Positions 57,881 through 64,000 of a stretch of 64,000 bases of DNA are shown piece after piece (position 1 is the first letter of the stretch; each line of letters begins with the position of its first letter). The translations under genes were made by a program, and so were the position numbers. The stretch is from positions 96,001-160,000 of the IMG/VR virus record IMGVR_UViG_3300006916_000041. The stretch is one strand, 5' to 3'. The DNA comes from a virus. Under the pieces are notes generated by a model. The model ran no database searches, was not told the origin of the DNA, and worked only from the letters and a program-made list of their open reading frames with translations.

Positions 57881-59092
57881 TTATTTCTCTGTTATTTCTG
57901 ACAATGGATAAAAAGAAAAATAGTCAATTTTTCTTCTTTGTGACATTGCTTTCCAATATGAAAAAAATTGCGAATCAGGAACACATGTACCAGTACGTTG
58001 ATACATATTATCTAAATGCTGATGTACTTGTTTTACTTTAAATTTGTTTACACCATCTACTGTATTTATGATATCATTAAATACTTGTTTAATTTTTTTA
58101 ATATCTACTAATTTAGTAGGACAATAAGACAAATCTGTAAATCCGTTCTGTACATTGTTCAATGAGAAATTCCAGGTTTTTGTGTAGTCATCTTTTCCAA
58201 GTATATCAAAACACCATAATAAAAACTCATCAAAATTAGAGAAGCTAAACAAACTAAATGTTGTTGTTATGTATAGATGGTCTACCTGAGATTTTACTGC
58301 ACGTAAATTATTTTCAAACGTGTGGAAATCTAGATGATATCTTACAGCTTCAGCACGCTCGTGAATATCTTCGATACTAACACTGAGATTCCATTCAAAT
58401 ATATCTTTAGTAGCATTTATTGTCAACAATAATTTTTTTAACAGTGCTGGTTTACAATTTAAATTTGTTGTTATCATCAATACCGGCTTGTTTTCGAAGT
58501 GTCCGCATATTTGACTCAAATATGAGATAATGTCATATGTGTCTGTGATCAGAAGAGGCTCTCCTCCTAGTAAATTAAATATTAGTTTTCTATCTTTATC
58601 AAAACCTCCAATATAGTTTTTCAAATTTTCTAATATTTGTTGTTTCCAGTTTTGGTCAATCGTATTCTTTACAGGTTGTCCCAATTCTTTTGCCCACATT
58701 GTACTACTCCAAGGCCCACAATATATACATGCAAGATCACAGCTATTTCCGATGTCTAAATCAATGTAAGAAGTTCGAGATATTGTTTTTAATTGTGGTT
58801 TTACATTTGTAATATATTGATCATCCCATATATTCCATACTTTTTTAATATTATCTGGCGCTGTGTCAATACACCACTGGCAGTTAGGAGGAAGTTGATT
58901 GTCATCAAGGCTTATTTTTCTGTTTAAAATATTTTGTTCGTGAAAATCAAACACACGTTCTTTTAGTGTGTCGATTTCCTCAAATGATATAGGTTGAGCA
59001 GTTTGCTTACAACAATGCTGAAAAGTTTGTTTTTGGAAATTAATGTTTAAGTCAGTCCACATTTTGCTGCACACATTGTACTTAGAATCCAT
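57881..59092 (-). CDS. N-terminal-twitch radical SAM enzyme
   Basis: C..MW...HCC...CQWC; CDLACIYC; GGEP. Confidence 0.92.
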   Translation of the reverse strand: MDSKYNVCSKMWTDLNINFQKQTFQHCCKQTAQPISFEEIDTLKERVFDFHEQNILNRKISLDDNQLPPNCQWCIDTAPDNIKKVWNIWDDQYITNVKPQLKTISRTSYIDLDIGNSCDLACIYCGPWSSTMWAKELGQPVKNTIDQNWKQQILENLKNYIGGFDKDRKLIFNLLGGEPLLITDTYDIISYLSQICGHFENKPVLMITTNLNCKPALLKKLLLTINATKDIFEWNLSVSIEDIHERAEAVRYHLDFHTFENNLRAVKSQVDHLYITTTFSLFSFSNFDEFLLWCFDILGKDDYTKTWNFSLNNVQNGFTDLSYCPTKLVDIKKIKQVFNDIINTVDGVNKFKVKQVHQHLDNMYQRTGTCVPDSQFFSYWKAMSQRRKIDYFSFYPLSEITEK

Positions 59093-59094
59093 CT

Positions 59095-60288
59095 CTATTC
59101 TTCTCCAGATATAAATTTTTTAACAGAACTATAAGGCATAATGTCTGCATAACTAACACCTCTGAACTTATCTCTAGATGTAGTGTTTTTAATAAATATT
59201 TCTTTCCACATTTTATCTACCGGTCTGTTAAGTTCTTGTTGAAAATAACGATAATCAATATTTTTATCTACAGTTGTAAAATCATCTCGCCAACCTTGCT
59301 TAATTTCTTCAAGAATTTCTGTCTTAGCTTCATTTGGTAACAATCCTGCACTTAATTCATCTTCGTTTACCATATTAAACCATACATCAATATCATGCTG
59401 TGTATAAAACTCTAAACTTTTAATAATATTTTGTATACTGTATGCACTTACTGTATACGAAATACCTATCCAGGCAATTTTATTATCAAGTTGAAACTGT
59501 TTAGCCTTTAAAAGATTTTCTTTAAACACATCCCACTTGGCTGGAAATCTATTGTACTCAAAAGTTTCTTCAATACCATCTGCACTATACAAAATACTTA
59601 CACGCTTAAACTTACTAAAATATTCATTGAAATATTCATCGTTGTGTATACTTCCATTTGTTGCATAATTTAAACTCATATCTGCACTTTTGCCAGAATC
59701 AATCAAATGTTGCAAAAATTCCCATTGTTTTTTAATAAGCCAAGGTTCACCGCCATAAAAGTCAAAATGTTTTGTTTTATGTGTTTTTTCAATAATGTGT
59801 TTCCAAACATCTTCGTTTTTATACCAATGATACAAGTGATGTATTTTATCAAATTTTTCGTTCAAATGCGGCAGTATTTGTGCATTCTCAGATGCTATTA
59901 AACTACTACTTGTAGTATTACAAATAACACATTTTTGATTGCAAAGATTACTTAATTTTAAGTCTACACTAATTAAGTCAGTATTATCAACAGTTGACGT
60001 AATAAAACTTTTATACTGCTGATTTTTTCTTATGCGTAAACTAAGAACGTTTACATTTTCTTCTTTCCAACATTTATTACACCCGCTTGGGTTATCACCT
60101 GCTAGTAATTGTTGTCTCAAGATTTGCATTTCCTGACTGTTCATATAATCGTCGATACTGTCGGTGCTAATATTAAATTCTTGTCCTTTGGAATTTTTGA
60201 AGCCGCCAGAATAAACACAACAAGGGCGCATTCGACCTTCGTTATTAATTTCTAAACCAATCCAAGGCATTATACAATAATTTTTCAT
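59095..60288 (-). CDS. N-terminal-twitch radical SAM enzyme
   Basis: YCIMPW...PCC...CNKC; CNQKCVIC; GGEP. Confidence 0.92.
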   Translation of the reverse strand: MKNYCIMPWIGLEINNEGRMRPCCVYSGGFKNSKGQEFNISTDSIDDYMNSQEMQILRQQLLAGDNPSGCNKCWKEENVNVLSLRIRKNQQYKSFITSTVDNTDLISVDLKLSNLCNQKCVICNTTSSSLIASENAQILPHLNEKFDKIHHLYHWYKNEDVWKHIIEKTHKTKHFDFYGGEPWLIKKQWEFLQHLIDSGKSADMSLNYATNGSIHNDEYFNEYFSKFKRVSILYSADGIEETFEYNRFPAKWDVFKENLLKAKQFQLDNKIAWIGISYTVSAYSIQNIIKSLEFYTQHDIDVWFNMVNEDELSAGLLPNEAKTEILEEIKQGWRDDFTTVDKNIDYRYFQQELNRPVDKMWKEIFIKNTTSRDKFRGVSYADIMPYSSVKKFISGEE

Positions 60289-61598
60289 AATTTATTTACA
60301 CCAAAATATTTTTTAAGCACATCTTCGATATGTGGCAATGATTTTTTCCAGTCGAGATTTCCAGTAATGTCGTACGTGTTTAGTCTTTTCAACAGACTTT
60401 TCATGTTGTTGTCAATTTTCTGCGAATCAATATCTAAACTCATTTCAATTCTATTAAGAACTTCACTGGGTCGATTAATATATGCATCGTCTATATCAGG
60501 ATTATTTAAGATCCATGCAATATAATCTTGATATACTTCTATTAGATGTTGTTTATACTCTGTTGGCATAAAATACAAATTCATGAATTCAGGTGTCATA
60601 ATATAGTTCATTGAACTATTTGGATATTCGAGCCAGTTGTTTTCGATACAATATTTGTCAAACTCAGGAAACTTTTCAACATTAAGAATTCCAATTGTAG
60701 GGCTAGGTGTAATTGTAACATGCGGTGCTTTTTCTTTAATTTCGTTAAAATTATTTTTAAAATCTTCCCATACTAAGTTTGTTCTTATGTATTCAACGGT
60801 ATCTTCCATACCATCAATACTTGCTCCTATATATACATTTGGAAAATTTTTCCAAACATCAACTAAATTCCTTCCTTTATACTTTAGTGTAGTTAAATTA
60901 GTGTTGTATTTGATACTACAATTAATATTTCCTATCTCTATCAAGCGATCCAGTATCTTTAAATGTTCAGGATATAATACAGGCTCACCGCCAGCAAAAT
61001 ATATTTCCTTAACGTAAGGAAGATATTCTTCTATTTTATCAAAACAATCACTGTGTATAAATTTCTGTGGTGTTCGTGTAAATCCATAAACCTTTATTTC
61101 CTCTTCGTACCAACTACTGCTCAGACCATGTCCACACATGCGACATTTTAAATTACAGATATTGCCAAACCTGATATCTAAATAGCGTATTTTTACATCT
61201 TCGATACTACCATCATCGTTTGTAGAATTGATGTATTCTTCCCATTCAGATTCATCGATGAAAAAGTCATTGAACCATTTTCTCATCGAACTATCTTTAA
61301 TTTCGATACTAGTTTTTTCTCTGTCGTAACATCTATCACAACCTCTGTCTTTTTCGCCAGTCATCATTTTCAGTCGAAGTTCTTTAAAACTATTGTTGTT
61401 TAAAATATCAGTTACTGATTCCGATTCATCTATATTTCCAAATCTTTTTGGATCTTCTCTATAGACTCCATAATCCCAAATACAACATGGTTGCACATTT
61501 CCGTCGGGGCGAGAATGTAGATGTATCCACGGAGCAGCACAAAAGCTACCATTATTTTTTAATTGTTTTATTTTTTCATTTTTTATATTATGTTTCAT
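60285..61598 (-). CDS. N-terminal-twitch radical SAM enzyme
   Basis: FCAAPW...PCC...CDRC; CNLKCRMC; AGGEP. Confidence 0.93.
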   Translation of the reverse strand: MKHNIKNEKIKQLKNNGSFCAAPWIHLHSRPDGNVQPCCIWDYGVYREDPKRFGNIDESESVTDILNNNSFKELRLKMMTGEKDRGCDRCYDREKTSIEIKDSSMRKWFNDFFIDESEWEEYINSTNDDGSIEDVKIRYLDIRFGNICNLKCRMCGHGLSSSWYEEEIKVYGFTRTPQKFIHSDCFDKIEEYLPYVKEIYFAGGEPVLYPEHLKILDRLIEIGNINCSIKYNTNLTTLKYKGRNLVDVWKNFPNVYIGASIDGMEDTVEYIRTNLVWEDFKNNFNEIKEKAPHVTITPSPTIGILNVEKFPEFDKYCIENNWLEYPNSSMNYIMTPEFMNLYFMPTEYKQHLIEVYQDYIAWILNNPDIDDAYINRPSEVLNRIEMSLDIDSQKIDNNMKSLLKRLNTYDITGNLDWKKSLPHIEDVLKKYFGVNKL

Positions 61599-62373
61599 TT
61601 ATTTTCATAATTTCATTACTTTTATTTAAGATATATCCATCATATTTACATAAATTTTTTCTGACCTCTGATTTTATTAAATCTACAACTTCATCATAAT
61701 TTTTCACAGTATTTTTTTTATCTTTGCTAGGAACAATATTAATCATATTGTCATCAATTTCAAAATTACTAGATATTTTCATATCTTCAAGTATTTGGGG
61801 TCCACTTTTTCCTAAAATAGAATCTTCATAATATAAGATTTCATGACATGGAATGTTAAATTTATTTTCTATTAACATAATATGATCTCGTACTGAAATT
61901 TCCGTTATAAAGCGAATCGTTTTATCATCTATTATATATATGTTTTCATCTTGCGATTTTGCTTTTTCTGTATACCATAAACCTTGAATTTTTGAAATAC
62001 AATGACTCAAAATATTCTCAACGATATTCTTTCTTACAAGAAATATATTATACATATCCTCTGTTTTTTGTAAATACGTGTCTATCAACGTTTTATCGAT
62101 AAGTTCTAAATCATATATATTTGGAATTTGTGTTTTTATAATACATTTTTCGGCAAACATCAAATCATCTAATCTATTGTAGATATATTTACTCATTTTT
62201 TCAAAATCCGAAAAATCATCATTGAATGCATACCTAAGATTTAAAAATTCTGTAGGAAATTTATTAAACGGAGGCGGTCTTCCTATATCCGTGCCACCAA
62301 TTAACACATGATACAGATAACTAGACCCAGAACGCGGTTGTGAAATTATTTGTATTTTTTTCTGATTTATCAT
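61588..62373 (-). CDS. Sulfotransferase-like protein
   Basis: QPRSGSSY 5'-PSB loop; LVRKN..E..LS 3'-PB; YYED. Confidence 0.75.
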   Translation of the reverse strand: MINQKKIQIISQPRSGSSYLYHVLIGGTDIGRPPPFNKFPTEFLNLRYAFNDDFSDFEKMSKYIYNRLDDLMFAEKCIIKTQIPNIYDLELIDKTLIDTYLQKTEDMYNIFLVRKNIVENILSHCISKIQGLWYTEKAKSQDENIYIIDDKTIRFITEISVRDHIMLIENKFNIPCHEILYYEDSILGKSGPQILEDMKISSNFEIDDNMINIVPSKDKKNTVKNYDEVVDLIKSEVRKNLCKYDGYILNKSNEIMKINET

Positions 62374-63476
62374 AACATACTTTCTATTTTTGAAATATAT
62401 TCTTTATAGTCTAGTCTTTTAAAGTTTTTTGTAAATTCTAATCTCGTTTTTAATTTTTTGAACTCCATTGGGTCAAAAATTGACATTTCTATATTTTTTC
62501 TCACATGGTCATCAAATATACCAAAATAGTTGTTATCTAAAATTTTTTGCTTAATATCATTATTAATAACATTAAAGGAGTAGTATTTTGGATATTTTAC
62601 AAATGTTATTACTGGAGTATAAAATTCATTTTTTATTAACCACTCTGATAGTTCATTTAAATAAAAAAGGTTTAATACACTAATAGTTACGTGAATGTTA
62701 ATATTTAAATTCTTGTTTGTTTTTTTTAAATCTATCAAATCTGATATATTTTTATTAACTGTTTTCCATTTTGCGTTTGTTCTTATATATTCAAATGGAA
62801 GTCCAATCGCATCTATACTCAACCCGAAAGTTAACTTATTGACAGTATCTAAGTTATTTTTATAGTAATATTTTTTTACAGATAAACTACCATTGGTCGA
62901 ATAGTAAATTTCACAATTTTTATTTTCTTTCAAAACTTTTTTTAATATATCTTGATGTAAATTATCAAATAATGGTTCACCCCCCAGAAATTCTACTAGT
63001 TTAACATGGGACATATCTTCCTTTTTGATTTCTTCGAAGTTGCTATATTTTTTTACTACGGAAGATATTTTTTCGGTCTGATATAATTCGCTGTATTTTT
63101 CTTCTTCTCTTATTAATTGAAAAGTTGCTTCTGGAACACATGTCCTACAAGCGAGATTACAAATATTACCAGTTGATAATGATAGATATAATAAAGAATT
63201 ATATTCGGAATCTTTTTCATATTGTTTTCTATTTTGTTTAATTCTAAGACTTTCAATATTTTTCTTTTCTACATCCCAACATTTTTGACATTGGATTGGA
63301 CGGTTTCCATTGTTCAATTGAACCCTTATTGTTTTATGTTCATCAGAATTTAATAGTCGATTAAATGATTTATATTTCTGACCTAATTTCATATGACAAC
63401 AGCTACTACCATTTTCTTGATGAAATCCATGAAATGCAAGCATACAATATGTATCAGAATCCCTATTAGGTTTCAT
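62370..63476 (-). CDS. N-terminal-twitch radical SAM enzyme
   Basis: YC...SCC...CQKC; CNLACRTC; GGEP. Confidence 0.92.
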   Translation of the reverse strand: MKPNRDSDTYCMLAFHGFHQENGSSCCHMKLGQKYKSFNRLLNSDEHKTIRVQLNNGNRPIQCQKCWDVEKKNIESLRIKQNRKQYEKDSEYNSLLYLSLSTGNICNLACRTCVPEATFQLIREEEKYSELYQTEKISSVVKKYSNFEEIKKEDMSHVKLVEFLGGEPLFDNLHQDILKKVLKENKNCEIYYSTNGSLSVKKYYYKNNLDTVNKLTFGLSIDAIGLPFEYIRTNAKWKTVNKNISDLIDLKKTNKNLNINIHVTISVLNLFYLNELSEWLIKNEFYTPVITFVKYPKYYSFNVINNDIKQKILDNNYFGIFDDHVRKNIEMSIFDPMEFKKLKTRLEFTKNFKRLDYKEYISKIESML

Positions 63477-63999
63477 TAATTAATCCATTTTTTACAGCAT
63501 CAGCTTTAACTTCATTGAAAATATCACTACCCCACTCAACCGCATTTGCTTCTATTGCATGTGGTACGTGATTTTTGTTTTCATTATCTGACAAACTCAA
63601 ATACCAGTTTATCAAATCCCCCCAATCTGAAAATGCCTTTTCAAATAACTTGTTTCTTCTAATATCATATTGATTATAAAAGTTGAAAAAATCATTTTGT
63701 CTTACTTGTAGGTCACTGACTTTTTTTACACTGTGTCCTTCATTAACCTCACGAATATAACTAATTGTTCTAGTCATTCCGTCGACTTCATGAACTCCCA
63801 TATATTGTTTATTTTGTTCTAACCATTTTTCATAATAGTCTGCTCTTTCGTTACGAATGTTTTCTGGAAGTGTAGTAATACTTTGAAAACTTGGAAAGCG
63901 CAAAATATTATAACTTAAATAAATATTTTTTCCTGTTTTTTCTTTTAACTTAAATACTTCCTCGTGAAACTTATCTAAACTACCTAGACATAAAGCATT
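63466..63999 (-). CDS. Probable radical SAM enzyme, C-terminal part only (5' end beyond the window)
   Basis: Frame open to the window edge; NALCL.SL..F...LRFPSF...YD.RR resembles the C-termini of neighbouring rSAMs; CxxxCxxC not visible. Confidence 0.6.
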   Translation of the reverse strand, partial: NALCLGSLDKFHEEVFKLKEKTGKNIYLSYNILRFPSFQSITTLPENIRNERADYYEKWLEQNKQYMGVHEVDGMTRTISYIREVNEGHSVKKVSDLQVRQNDFFNFYNQYDIRRNKLFEKAFSDWGDLINWYLSLSDNENKNHVPHAIEANAVEWGSDIFNEVKADAVKNGLINET

Positions 64000-64000
64000 T

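Noticed and set aside
1-64000. CRISPR array, rRNA, tRNA, integrase or transposase
   Set aside because: No regularly spaced repeats or recognisable motifs seen; almost all intergenic gaps are too short. Not checked with tRNAscan.
1-64000. Alternative genetic code or selenocysteine readthrough
   Set aside because: Conserved genes are full length in code 11, and TAA, TAG and TGA all occur at expected gene ends.
20460-64000. Classical RiPP cluster
   Set aside because: No RRE/PqqD domain, leader peptidase, exporter or clear leader-core precursor is seen; remains unproven.
1-64000. Bacterial chromosome origin
   Set aside because: T4-type rnh, TATAAATA promoters, many small orphan ORFs and the absence of cellular core operons favour a phage, though no virion genes are in the window.

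Overview
This 64 kb window is most consistent with part of a large, AT-rich, probably marine dsDNA phage (T4-like or jumbo). No structural genes are present, so the assignment rests on T4-type rnh/tk/frd/td, a MoxR-VWA pair, dense overlapping small ORFs, sigma70-type early promoters and T4-type TATAAATA late promoters. Bases 1-20.4 kb (+ strand) hold nucleotide salvage and auxiliary metabolism: a BMP binding protein, 2OG-Fe(II) oxygenases, two phosphoribosyltransferases, tk, queE, metK, rnh, frd, an APS-kinase plus nucleotidyltransferase pair, and td. From 20.4 kb to beyond the window end (mostly - strand) lies a >43 kb chemical-tailoring island. It has 15 radical SAM genes with visible CxxxCxxC motifs plus one partial at the edge, 2 QueC-like PP-loop ATPases, 4 hydroxylases, about 4 sulfotransferase-like genes and 2 nitroreductases. 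It also has MtnN, an SDR, 3 methyltransferases, a carbamoyltransferase, a glycosyltransferase, a nucleotidyltransferase, a truncated adenylation enzyme, a GNAT-like gene and TctA/TctC. The phage appears to encode its own SAM supply with 5'-deoxyadenosine recycling, and possibly PAPS supply. The substrate of the island cannot be determined from this sequence. All product calls come from motif recognition, not database searches.
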